Position numbers and translations under genes: made by a program. A DNA stretch of 64,000 nt from Callorhinchus milii. Lineage: Eukaryota. Below the pieces are notes generated by a model. That model did not search any database. It was not told the origin of the DNA and saw nothing but the letters and a program-made list of their open reading frames with translations. Numbering within the stretch: position 1 is the stretch's first letter; each line of letters starts with the position of its first letter. Of this stretch, positions 52,583-64,000 are shown one piece after another. The stretch covers positions 99,202,001-99,266,000 of the forward strand of contig NW_024704742.1 in NCBI RefSeq assembly GCF_018977255.1. Reading direction: 5' to 3'.

Positions 52583-53280
52583 ACAAAACATTGCATTTGT
52601 ATAGTGTCTTTCACATCGGGAGGATGTCCCAAGGCACTGGATAGACAAAGAATTTGCCCCAGAGCTGGGGGTTGTATTTAGGAGGGGAAGATGACTGAAA
52701 GTGCAGTCAAAGAGGAAGGTTTTGAGACAGACCCTGACAGAAGGAATTGAGCAAACGGCTGAGGCAAAGGGACTCTGGGACATAGTTCCAGACAGAGGCT
52801 GAAAGCCCAACCATCAATGATATGCAGACATGACGACATGACAGATCAGTGCTAGCCGAGTAGATGGATTGTCCGGGTTGGTAGGGTTTAAGAAGTTCGC
52901 AGAGGTAGGGGAAGGACAAGAATGTGGAGGGAATTAAAAGTGAGGATGATGATCTTGAACTCATTCCTTTGGGAGGGAGCTGACAGGCTGATATGGGGTT
53001 ATGAGGTTGCAGAGGCCGGGGGTGGGGGGGGTGGGGGGCTGGTGGCAAGTCCATGAAGATAAGAACGAGGGTTTTGTACTCGATTCTCTGAGGAATGGGA
53101 AGCTAGTGAAACCAGACAAGAACGGGGGTGATAGGTTCCTGGAGCCTGGTGCAGGAGAGGATATGAGTTGCAGGGTTCTGAATAAACTGCAGCTCGTGGA
53201 GGGAAGAGTTGAGAAGTCCAGTGAGCAGGCAGCCGGTGTAGTCAACCTGGGACGTAATGAAAGCCCATCAAGTTATTTTA
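52583..53280 (-). mobile_element. Older L2 3' fragment, tail-to-tail with the preceding copy
   Basis: Diverged L2 C-terminus and tail. Confidence 0.8.
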
Positions 53281-54371
53281 ATAGATCGTGGGTGATCTAC
53301 AAGTTGTTAATACTCCTTCCCTTGCCCGTTCACCATACCTCTTGGCACCCCTGCCTACCAAACATTCACCTAGCTTCCTCTTAATTATTTCAGCATCATC
53401 CACCATTCTAATGAATTCTACATTTCTACAATCTTTTGTGTCTTTTCATTCCTAAAATGATTTTAGGAATCTTTTCATTCTTAAAATGATTTGCTGTAAT
53501 TTGTTATGGAGTTAGTCTGGATCCATTATTGACAATTGACTCTAGGGCAAATGCCAGGCAGCAAACTGGTGGTATTGGTTTTCACACAACTTTAATTCTT
53601 GGCTCAATGCCACAGCACAGGGCACATGATGCTTCTCAGATTTTACAATAAAACTAATTGTACAACAGAGCACAAGATGTCCCTCAGATTTTACAATAAA
53701 ACTAAAGCTCCCAAAATTTTGGTTGTGACAGACAAGTAATAAATCTTGGTTTCTTGGATGTGAAAGCGCAATAGAAGCAAGGATGGATCGGTTATTTTAA
53801 AACATATTAAAAATAAGGCCAGCGTGAAACTGAGCCATGAAGACCAGCGTCCAGATTAATTTATCATTCACTTCATGTCTGTTTGTGGGATCTTAGCACA
53901 TTTGTCTACAAGAACACGTCTCTTGTCTACTGGACCTTACAATTACCTGTGAGTTGCTTTTGAGACATTTCAACGTAAGAAGTTATAAAGAGGACTTTGT
54001 CTCTTTACTGTGCTATAGATGAGATTTCATAAAGCAGCTAATTTCTCTAATGTCTGCTTTCAATAAGCTTGGATTGATAGCTACAGAAGATGAAATTCTC
54101 TTTCTGCCATGTCTTCCAAAATAATTAAATTCTTATTTTGCTGTAGCATTGACCTTTAAGTTTAGGTTGGTTAGAAATTGGACAGGTGGGAGAGGGGGTA
54201 AGGAGGGGAAAAAAAGCAGTTTTTCATAAAAGAAACACAAATGAGAGAACTGACATGGTAATGGGTTCGCTAAACATCCGTACTGAATAAACTGCATTGC
54301 TAATGAGGGGAGGGGGAATGTTTTTAAAAGGACAAACATGTTACTGGTTATTCTGTTGTTTGCACATAAGA

Positions 54372-54752
54372 CAATAATCGTTGCATTTGATATAGCGCCT
54401 TATCACGTCATTGAGACATCTCAAAGCGCTTCACAAGATATTTTGTAAAATGAATTGGCTGTGTATTTATTGGGGGAATCGTGACAGCCAGTTGCTCACA
54501 TCAATGTTGCACAAAACAGACATGGAGTGAACAGCCAATGTTATTTGGGAGTTTGCTGATCAGGACACTGGGAGAAACTCCCTTCTCTTTTCAAATAGTG
54601 CCATGGAATCTTTGACATCAACTGAATAGACAGACGGGACCTCAGTTTAACATCTCACCAGGAGGACGACACCTCCAACAATGTAGCACCACCTCCCAGG
54701 ACTGCAATGGAGTGTCATCTTAGACTATGCAATTCCAAGTTCCTACATGGGG
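54372..54752 (-). mobile_element. Old DeuSINE-type element
   Basis: Same Deu-like core as 26361-26768. Confidence 0.75.
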
Positions 54753-55519
54753 CTTTTGTCACGGTGACCTTGTTTGAATTGATGCTGTACCTCTTTTATT
54801 AAGGTTATTAATGTAAATATTCTGTGTATATCGAGAGAAAGACGCTTTCAGAGCATTTATGGTCTAGGGACCAAAATATAATTTAAAGCGGTAAGGCCGG
54901 CCTTGGCGATGCAAAGTCTATGACCTGGGTGAGTTATTGAAACAAAAAAGGTGGAAAAGGATCACGTGGCTCCTAGAGGGGGAGCCTACTGATACATTGA
55001 AATAGGAGGAGACTGAAAATGGAGGGGAAACGTATCAATGCGATACATTGGAAAGAGGAGGAGTTAGAAAATATAAAAAAAAGGCATTCGCTGAACTCGG
55101 GTTGCTTTTCGCCTTGTGTGTCATCAAGGAGGTACATGCCTGATCTGAAAGCCTCGCCTCCAGGTCAAGGTTGTTTTTTTTTTGGTAACTAATCTTGGGT
55201 AAAGCTGCTGGTGTCATAGTTTAGCATCGGGGTATTTTCTATTTCTTAATGTTGCGACAGTTATGTTCTGGGCAACGTAAATTTGGCGTAGATTTAAAGA
55301 ACCAATAAGATACCTTGAGTTTTCTTTACAGTGCTTCTCGAGTCTCTTTAAAAGATCAAGGAGGGAGGAAACACAAGCAGGTTATAGCTGAAGTCAGGTG
55401 TCTGGTAGTGCGAAGGATGCTGATGAATGCATCCCTTTGTTGCGCAATAAAACACTGGGATTATCTGTCGTGTGCATTCTCATTTGTGGAGTTTTACTCA
55501 GAGAAGGAATTTGCACGCT

Positions 55520-56505
55520 AGTAATAATTCTTGTATTTGATACAGTGCCTAATCACGTCTTCTAGATGTATGAAAGCACTTCACAGAATATATTGTAAAG
55601 TGAATTGACTGTATGTAGCCAATTGCGCACAGTAGTGTTCCACAAACAGCCGTGGATTAATTGACCAATTTATTATCATTATGTTTTGAGAAGAGATTGT
55701 TACCCATGGAAAAACAATCTGCCAATTGACTAATAATTGTTCCTAGGCATCTTGTTTGACCCTCAACTGTCCTTTTTACCCCACACCCATACCATGACCC
55801 GCTCTGCCTTTGCCCACCTCCGCAACATCGTCCGGCTCTGGCACAGTCTCACACCAAAGGCTGCCGAAACCCTCATACATTCATTCATAACATCGAGGCT
55901 TGACTATGCAAACTCCTTGCTTGTCGGCCTCCCCAACTCCTCCCTCCATAGGCTGCATATCATCCATAACTCTGCAGCCCGTGTCCTCCCCCGCATCAGG
56001 CTCCGTGACCCTATTACCTCCATCCTTGCTCAACGCCACTGCCTTCCCATCACAGAGGATACAGTTCAAGATCCTGGTCCTCACCTTCAAAGCCCTCCAT
56101 GGCTTTGCTCTGCCCTAGCTCTGTGACCTCCTAAACCCATACCAACCTGACCGCTCTCTCTCCACTCAGTGGGCTCCTGCCTGCTTCACGTCCCCCACCT
56201 TGCCCCACCATTGACGAGCGGACCTTCTGCCACTCTGCCCCCACTCTCTGAAACTCCATCCCGCAGTCCCTCCGCCTCGCCCCTTCAAAATCCATCTCAA
56301 GACCCTCCTCTTTGACTGTGCTTTCGATCACCCTGCTTTCCCCCTTGCCCTCCACCCTCCCCAATCCGACCCCCAGCTTGGGCCCGAAACACTGACTGTC
56401 CAGCACCTTGGTTCGTTCTCCTGACGTGAAAGGCGCATACAAATGTAATTTTGTTGTTATCCTACTTACTGTTGGGTAACCAGGCATGTGGAGTAAGGAA
56501 AGTTG
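55520..56505. mobile_element. Subfamily B SINE (minus) split by an L2 3' fragment (plus, 55746-56459)
   Basis: TCCTA duplicated at 55741-55745 and 56460-56464; the SINE continues after the L2 tail. Confidence 0.85.
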
Positions 56506-57059
56506 CAAACGACACAGAGAAAGGACTGATACAGAAGCCACCTAGTACACCAAATGATTTGTCATAATGAGGGGGTACAATTAGGGGTGAAAACTGTCGC
56601 AGCTTGAACCCAAAACCTCTAACTCAGATGAAAGATACTATCACTATACCAGCCTGACACAATGGAAATCTATCATGGGTCAATTGCTAATACAGTAATA
56701 GCAAACGTTGTTGAGTTAGAATAGAAATTATGTGTAAGAAGGGACTGAATAAGATGACTTTACACATCAACTAGCTTCTGCTGTTTCAGATATTGACCCA
56801 ATGTACTCTATTTTATTAGCCTTTGATGCATTTCCAGCTATTTTGTTTTCCATTGTGGATTCCTATTTTTTCCCCCCGATGTCTATGGAACTGATGAAAC
56901 TTAGTTTAAACACAGACTTGTACAAGTCAATTCAAGCAGATGTTTTGCTCTCAGTAATATTCATGCTGCGTTTATATTTCACATTGACAGAAAATTACCA
57001 CAATTTGCCCACCAGGAAAGAACCTGAATTTTTGTAGCATCTGCAATCATTGAAACATC

Positions 57060-57400
57060 ACTTGACAGTAATTACTGTCAATGCGACTGTCTAGGCAAAA
57101 ATAGCCTCCATTTTGCATGCAGAAAAGTCTCATAAGACAGCCAGGAGGTGCATGAGCAATTTATCTGTATGATTGTTGAGCAGGGCACCGATAGAAACCT
57201 CCTTCTCTTTTCAAATGGGTTATAGGATCTTTAACATCCACCTGAATAGGCAGACAGGATATCTGCTTAACATCTCATCCAAAAGTTAGCATCTCAGACA
57301 ATGCAGCCTCCTCCCCCCCCAGTACAGCATTGGAATGCCAATCTACAATCCAAAGTTCAAGTCAGGACACGAGTCTTGATCACAAACTTATTTTGCACAG
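57060..57400 (-). mobile_element. Old DeuSINE-type relic
   Basis: Deu-like core similar to the copies at 26361 and 54372. Confidence 0.65.
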
Positions 57401-58807
57401 GCTGGAATGCTAAAAAATGAGTCAAGACAACACTTAAAACTTAAAACGTACAGTACAAATGTGGTGGATGGGGGGGAAGAAGACAAAAAGGATATAAGAA
57501 AGAGAATCATGCAGGAACCCCACTCCAAACAGTACCTGGGAGGAGATTGTTCCAATAGGAATCCAGCTTCCCATTCCGCAACACTGCTTTAGTTCTGTTA
57601 GTAATAATTTTTGCATTTGATATAGCACCTCATCATGCCATTGAGACCTCTCAAAACGAATCACTGAATATATTGAAAAGTGGATTGATTTTTGTGGGTA
57701 AAATGCAGCAGCCAATTGTGCACCGCAGTGTCCCACAAACAACAACAACAAAATTACATTTGTATAGCGCCTTTCACGTCCCCAGGTGCTGAAACAGTCA
57801 TGGATTGAGTCACTTTTTTCAAATAGTTTGTATCAAATTACAGCAGCTCGTCTTACTTCATGCTTCTGCTAAGATCCTTTACACAAATAAAACTTGCTTT
57901 AAAAAAATGAAGTGAGAGATTTCTTGTGAGGTTATCAAGAGTTAGCCATCTGCAGCTGTATCACTCGAGTCCCTCCGTATTAAAAACGCTTATCCAGAAC
58001 TAATGGTTTATTTAATTAATAACTGGGGTAAGAACAGTTATGGTTAGAAGCAGATTGTTTTTTCCAATTCTCTGCAGGTGAGGGCATTTTTTTTAGTTCT
58101 ACTGGCACTCAGTACAGTGTTAGAATAGCACAGTTTAAAGTGAAGCTTTGATCAGCATCTCAAGGAGAAAAAACAACAGGTGAATGTTATAATAATAATC
58201 CTTGCATTTGATATAGAGCCTTATCACATCTTCGAGATGCCGGAAAGCACTTCACAGAATATACTGTAAAGTGAACTGAGTGTATATTTTGTGGGCGGAC
58301 TGTTATGGCATGAGTTACCATTAGAACTAAACAATGGCATTTACAGGAATTAAAGAAAATAACCAGGACAAGGCCAGCACGATAATAGTTTTCTTTTTTC
58401 AAAGTTCAGCTTCTAAGCCAAGTGCATGCAACTTAATATCAGCAACAGGTGCGACTGGCAGCTTGTCTCACTGCACACTTTCAGCACAATTCTTTACATA
58501 ACAGCAGAATTTTTAATGCGGGTGTAAGTTTTTTGAAAAAAAGCAATTATGAAGCAAAAAGATTTCTTGACTCCAAGATTTATCCATCTATAGCTGTACT
58601 ACTTCAGTCCATTAGTGTTCAAAATATTTGTCCGGAACTAACAAGCCACAAAAACACGTAAAGACAACTTCTATCCTCTCGCCAATCTTAGTTCTCCTGT
58701 TCACAACAAACTCCAGCAGTTAGTCAAGATTTTAGGCCCTAGGTTTCCCACACAACACAGTCAATACAGTGACATTCAGTAACTGTAATCTGAGAGGCTG
58801 CACTTAC

Positions 58808-58905
58808 TTAAATGAAACATATTTGGAGTCTTTCTTACTGGGAAGTCTCACAGGCTTAATGTCCTCCCCAGAAACACAGCTCTGACTTTGCTGCTGTTCA
58901 GTCAT
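58808..58905 (-). CDS. GRAMD2B: GRAMD2B coding exon 1 (MTEQQQSQSCVSGEDIKPVRLPSKKDSKYVSF)
   Basis: ATG at 58905, 98 nt, GTAAGT donor, ends in phase 2 matching exon 2. Resembles the mammalian N-terminus MTELQQDVEDTKP as I recall it. Confidence 0.88.
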
Positions 58906-59600
58906 TAGGACCTTCTCCTGAATATTGCTCTGCTCACAGTGAACTGGTTTGCTGCAAGGCTCCTCCACTCCTCGACACTCTCCCTTTTCCTTATTCAGTA
59001 AGCTCCAGCTAGCAATGACGAGAGGAACGGGAGGGGGGGGGTGCGCAAAAAAGAAAAGCCCAGCTCTTTGTTTGAGTCAGAGATGAACAGATTTCAGCTA
59101 GTATTGGGCCGAATCCAAGAAAAGTGAAAACAGCCAACCTATTTAACTGGAAGGAGGAAGGGTTAAAAAAAACTTCTCACCGCACTTTTATGAGCGCATA
59201 ATTGGATCAAACAGCTGCGTTCAATTTATTTTCCAGACAGTGTTGCTGGAAAGTTTTGTTTCAAGTTTGCTTGAAGAACCACCTATTTTGTGGAGGGAGA
59301 ACTGGTGAAAACTGCAGAGGGGGAAAAAAACACTTCCCTCAGTGAAGTGAAGTATTGTGCTCCAACCCCCATTCCTGAAGACTCATCCAATTGTAAGCAG
59401 AAGCCAGCTCCCCACAGCAGGGATAATTTAAATACAAGCACAGACAGCTCGCAGATGTCCTGTAGCTGCAGAACATTGCGACAGGGACTCTTAAATTACC
59501 CACACAGGTTGCCACCTGACCAAATGCCTCCACTACATCTCGTGACCATAGGTGATTTGATCGCACAGTTCAGGTCAATATTGAAAAAGTAATGTGATTG
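58906..59600 (-). promoter_or_regulatory. Putative GRAMD2B 5' UTR and proximal promoter
   Basis: Repeat-free segment upstream of the ATG, with an AP-1 site TGAGTCA at 59073-59079 and a G-rich tract near 59030. The TSS is not determinable. Confidence 0.4.
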
Positions 59601-59623
59601 GGGAGCATTGGTTCAACCCAATT

Positions 59624-62470
59624 ACAACAACAAGCTTACATTTGTATAGCGCCTTTCATGTTGGGAGGACGTTCCAAGGCTCTGGACAGAGTACAGCATT
59701 TCACACCGCAGCTGGGGTCAGGGGGGAGAAGGGAGGGGAGAGGAAAGGGGGTGGCCGATGGCATGGTCAAAGAGGAGGGTCTTGAGGTGGGACTTGAAGG
59801 AGGCTAAGGAGGGGGAGAGGTGGAGTGACTGGGGGATGAAATTCTAGATGTTGGGGGCAGAGTGGCTGAAGGCTCTACCGCCAATGGTGGAGCGGGTGGG
59901 TTGGGGGACGTGGAGCAGGCCAGAGCCGGCTGAGAGGAGGGTGGGTTGGTAGGGGGTTAGGAGGTCGCAGAGGTAGGGTGGGGCGAGGCCATGGAGGGCT
60001 TGTATGTGAGGACCAGGATCTTGAACTGGATCCTCTGAAGGATAGGGAGCCAATGGAGTCGGGCGAGAGTGGGGGAGATGGGGTCACGGAGTTTGGTGCG
60101 GGAGAAGACATAGGCTGCAGAGTTCTGGATTATCTGCAGCCTGTGGAGGGAGGAGTTGGGAAGGCCGACAAGCAGGGTATTTGCATAGTCGAGCCTGGAG
60201 GTGATGAAGGCATGAACAAGAGCTTCAGTGGCCTGAGGGGTGAGGAAGTGGCGGAGTTGGGCGATGTTACGGAGGTGAGGGAAGGCAGAGCGGGTCATGG
60301 CTTGGATGTGGGGAAGAAAAGACAGTTGAGGGTTGAACAAGACACCGAGGTTCCTGACTGGCTGGTGAGTTGTAGTGCGCAACCATGGAGGTTGATGCTG
60401 CCAGAGCCTGAGGTGCTGAGGCGCTGGCGCGAGCCAATCAGGAGGGCCTCAGTCTTGTTCACATTCAACTGTAGGAAATTTGCCCTCATCCAGGACTTGA
60501 TGTCTGACAGGCAGTCTGTCAGGACAGCAGTGGCCTGGAGTTGAGGGTGGAAGCAGAAACATAGAGTTGGGTGTCATCTGCATACATTTGGAAGAGGGGC
60601 CAGAAGGTGGAGCTGGGAGATGAGGAGAGAGGTGGGGATGGGATCGAGGGAGCAGGTGGTGGGTTTGAGTTTGCGGACAGTCGTGGTGAAGGAGGAGGGA
60701 GAGATAGGGTCGAAGGAGTTTAGGGGGAATGGGTGGAGGGTGGGTCATGAGGGAGAGGTGATGTGGGGGTGGCTGTGGACGGGGCTGAGATGGCTGAACG
60801 TATCCCCTCGATTTTAGATTCGAGGAAGTCCAGCATCTCCTCACAGTTGGAGTTTGAGGAGAGGATGGGCGAGGTATGGGAAGGTGGACAGAGGAGACGG
60901 TTTGTGGTGGAAAAAAGAAGCCGGGGGTTGTCCTTTGCCTCCAAGATAACCTTGGAGTAGAAGGAGGATTTGGCAGAGGCAAGAGCGCAGCGGTAGATCT
61001 TGGTGTGGTGAAGCCAAATCTGCCGATGGACAGTTAGTTTGGATTTGGTCCAGGTGCGTTCGGCAGCTCGCACTTGTGCCTTGAGGGAAAGGAGATGGCT
61101 GGTGTGGAGTCCTGTAGCTCAATGGTTAGAGCACTCGCTTTGCAAGCGAGAGACCTGAGTTCAATTCCAGGCAGGTCAGGGCGAAACCTTGGGCAAGTTT
61201 CCTTACTCCACACGCCTAATAATAATCCCTCCAAAAAAAAACAATAATAAATTGGTCATTTTCAATCCATGACTGTTTGTGGGACATTATTGTGTGCAAT
61301 TGGCTGCCGCGTTCGCCCACAAATATACAGTCAATTAACTTTACAGTATATTCTGTGAAGCGCTTTGAGACGTCGAGAAGACGTGAAAAGTGCTATATTA
61401 AATGCAAGGATTATTATTATTATTACCAGGGGGATTTACGGGAGTATGAGGCAATTCGGGAGGTGAGGGGGGCAAGGGAGTCCAGAATGGAGGAGAGGGA
61501 GTTGTGGAGAAAGAAGAGTGAGGAGGGGAGATCGGTCAGTGAGGGCCAGAGGTGTAGGAGTTCAGATGACTCCAGGGCAGTGGAGAGGGAGAGGGAGGAA
61601 ATATTTTTCCAAGGACAGTATGTGATGGTGGAGGGTTGGGAAAGGGGGAGGGGTACTGAGGTGTTGAGGGAGATGATGTGGTGGTCCGAGATGGCTTTAT
61701 CGACGATGGTGATGTCCGAGACGGTGAGGCCCCGGGTGATCACCAGGACAAGGGGATGGCCACGAACGTGGGTGGGGGGGTGGATGAGGAGGGAGAGGTT
61801 AAGGAAAGAGAGGAGGGAGGAGAAGTCGGCAGAGATGGGACAAAAGGGGGTGAAGTTGCTTAAGGTTAGGAGGCGTTCAGAACAGAGGAAGAGGGAAGAT
61901 AGGAGGGTGATGTCCAAGAGGAAGGTGGGGGAAGGCTTGGGGGGGACAGTAAACAAGGAGGATTTTGAGAGAAAGCCTGGAGGGGTGGTGTAGGGTAAGG
62001 TGTTCAAAGGAGGGGAAGGTTCCGGAGGAGTAAGGGGAAATGCCAAAGGGGGACCGGGAGATGAGAGCCACACCACGGCCATGGCGATTAGGCCTTGGGG
62101 TTTGGTGAAAGATGTAACCTGGAGGTGTGGCCTCAACTAGTGGGAAGGTGTCGCCTGGGGTGACCCAGGTTTCGGTGAGGGCGAGGATGTCGATATTTTC
62201 CTCGACGGTGAGGTCATGGATTGTGAGGGACTTGTTGATTAATGAGCGGACATTCTGCAGACCGATGCGGAGTCAGGGCAGGCGGAGGGAGAGGAGGGTT
62301 GAGCGGGAGTAGTGGAGGGAAGGAGACAGGGGTCGGGAACATCTTGGGGAAACAGCTCGGGTCAATCGCGGCAGCCAAGGTGCGCACGCTAAGACTCGGA
62401 GAGGACAGGAGTGTTCAGAGAGCCGTGGTTTGCCCACTGGGCTGGTGAGGCTCAGTGAGGAGATGGGAGC
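59624..62470 (-). mobile_element. Longest L2 copy: APE endonuclease to 3' tail, with internal RT deletion and SINE insertion
   Basis: QNVRSL, DILALTETW, ISDHH, KSPW and MYADD motifs, plus the L2 tail. Confidence 0.93.
61104..61424 (+). mobile_element. Full-length tRNA-Ala SINE inside the L2
   Basis: A and B boxes, (ATT)n tail; the L2 frame PW-YTSHL is restored on removal. Confidence 0.94.
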
Positions 62471-63348
62471 AGCTGACATGGATAATGCCTCAATCACCAA
62501 CCATGGCATTGCAAACTCACAACTAGCAGAAATAAGTTCTCTCTCTGTTATTTATTAAACCCCTCACAACTTTAGAAACCGTGCGACCGCAAATATACAG
62601 TCACTGCACTTTACAGTATATTCTGCGAAGGGCTTTGAGACAGCCTCAAATTAATCTTATTAATAAAGAATAATCATGGAATTTGATTTTGAGACTGATC
62701 CAAATTTCGAACAGCCCGGTTTAAGCATTCCGGGACACTACATCACGTGAAGAGTTCTATATAAATGCAAGTTGTTGTTGTTGTCTGTGCAAAGAAAGAA
62801 AATCCTTGATTTAACTGTCTGATGGCATGTTTAGCCTGTGCCTCCGGAGGCAGTGAGATTTTGGCTAAAGTCTGTTCCACGTTGGTTTCTATTAAAGTTA
62901 AAAGTAACGTTTAAGTGGAAGCATTAGATTCAATTAAAATCTTTTATTTATAGGCTTTTGGCTGTATACAGATTTTGTGATTCAATCTGCTCCAGTCCTT
63001 TTAAGATTTGATGCCTTAGAATGAGCATTAGAACCATGCAAAACTTACAGCACAGAAGTAGGCCATTTGGCTCATCATACCTGTATTGGTTTAGTCCCAT
63101 TCTACTGTCTTTTCTTATATCCTTCTATATTTCTCCATTTCAGATATTTACCCAATTGACTCTTAAAAGCTGACATGGATAATGCCTCAATCACCAACCA
63201 TGGCATTGCCAACTCACAACTAGCAGAAACAATTTCTCTCTCTGTTATTTATTAAACTCCTCACAACTTTAAAAACCATGAGACCGCAAAAATACAGTCA
63301 CTGGACTTTACAGCATATTCTGTGAAGCGCTTTGAGACAGCCTCAAAT
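62471..63348. repeat. Local direct duplication of about 180 bp (62471-62651 and 63168-63348)
   Basis: Both copies run AGCTGACATGGATAATGCC...GAGACAGCCTCAAAT with scattered substitutions. Confidence 0.9.
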
Positions 63349-63495
63349 GTAATTATTATTATTATGATTAACGTGTTCTCACCTTTCTCCGTTCTAGGAA
63401 AAAATAACAACAAATTACATTTGTATTGCGCCTTTCATATCAGGAGGACAACCCAAGGCACCAGACAGTCAGAAATTTGCACATGAGCTGGTGAT

Positions 63496-63938
63496 TCGAA
63501 TTCAAGATCCTCATCCTCACCTACAAGGCCATTCACGGCCTTGCTCCCTCCTACCTCTCTGACCTACTATCCCCCTACTTACCTGCCCGTACCCTCCGTT
63601 CCTCTGGCTCCGGTCTGCTCCACATCCCCCGCCCCAACCGCCATACCATCGGTGGCCGGGCCTTCAGCCTCTCAGCCCCGAGGCTCTGGAACTCTATCCC
63701 CCAGTGCCTTCGCCGCCTCCTCCCTTTCCTCCTTCAAAGCCGGTCTCAAGACCTTTCTCTTTGACCGAGCCTTCAGCTCCCCTCTCGACTCTCTACCCCC
63801 TCCTTGCTCCCTCCCTTCCCTCCCCTCACCCTGACCATTTCCCCCCTGCTCGGGTCCTGACCCAACTGTACAGTGCCTTGGGACGTCCTCCCGACGTGAA
63901 AGGCACTGTATAAATGGAATCTTGTTGTTGTTGTTGTT
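63496..63938 (+). mobile_element. L2 3' fragment, young subfamily
   Basis: Near-identical to the 3' ends of the copies at 34500 and 37675; (GTT)n tail. Confidence 0.92.
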
Positions 63939-64000
63939 TATTGGGATCAGGGGTGGAGGATGGGGTTGGTGGGGAGGGTAGGGGTAGGAGGGTGACCAAG

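Noticed and set aside
61277..61993. 238-aa Arg/Glu-rich plus-strand ORF
   Set aside because: It is a SINE tail fused to the antisense of the L2 endonuclease region, a compositional artefact.
1..64000. CRISPR array, rRNA genes or a prokaryote-type system
   Set aside because: There is no repeat-spacer periodicity, no rRNA motif and no operon-like ORF density. The recurring motifs are SINE and LINE tails.

Overview
This is eukaryotic, repeat-rich vertebrate DNA, probably from a cartilaginous fish. That is an inference from the DeuSINE, CR1, L2 and Penelope repeat content; a chimaera is plausible but unproven. The one recognisable gene is a complete 14-exon GRAMD2B (GRAMD3) on the minus strand, from ATG at 58905 to TGA at 16887. 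I assembled it by hand from GT-AG splice sites with consistent phases: 1302 nt, 433 aa, with a GRAM domain, a C-terminal transmembrane helix and a terminal coiled coil. The long ORFs in the supplied track are almost all decayed LINE fragments or their antisense frames. The rest of the window is mostly 5'-truncated L2 and CR1 LINEs, old DeuSINE relics, and about 14 copies of a young tRNA-Ala-derived SINE that appears chimeric (CORE-like segment, Deu-like segment, L2 tail). Points worth a second look: SINE subfamily succession with a tail swap, reciprocal SINE/L2 nesting, a perfect 50-bp inverted repeat in intron 2, a Penelope remnant with half of a hammerhead core, a possible stop-disrupted alternative first exon, and a speculative downstream exon chain. 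I found no convincing wholly new biological system. Repeat boundaries are approximate.
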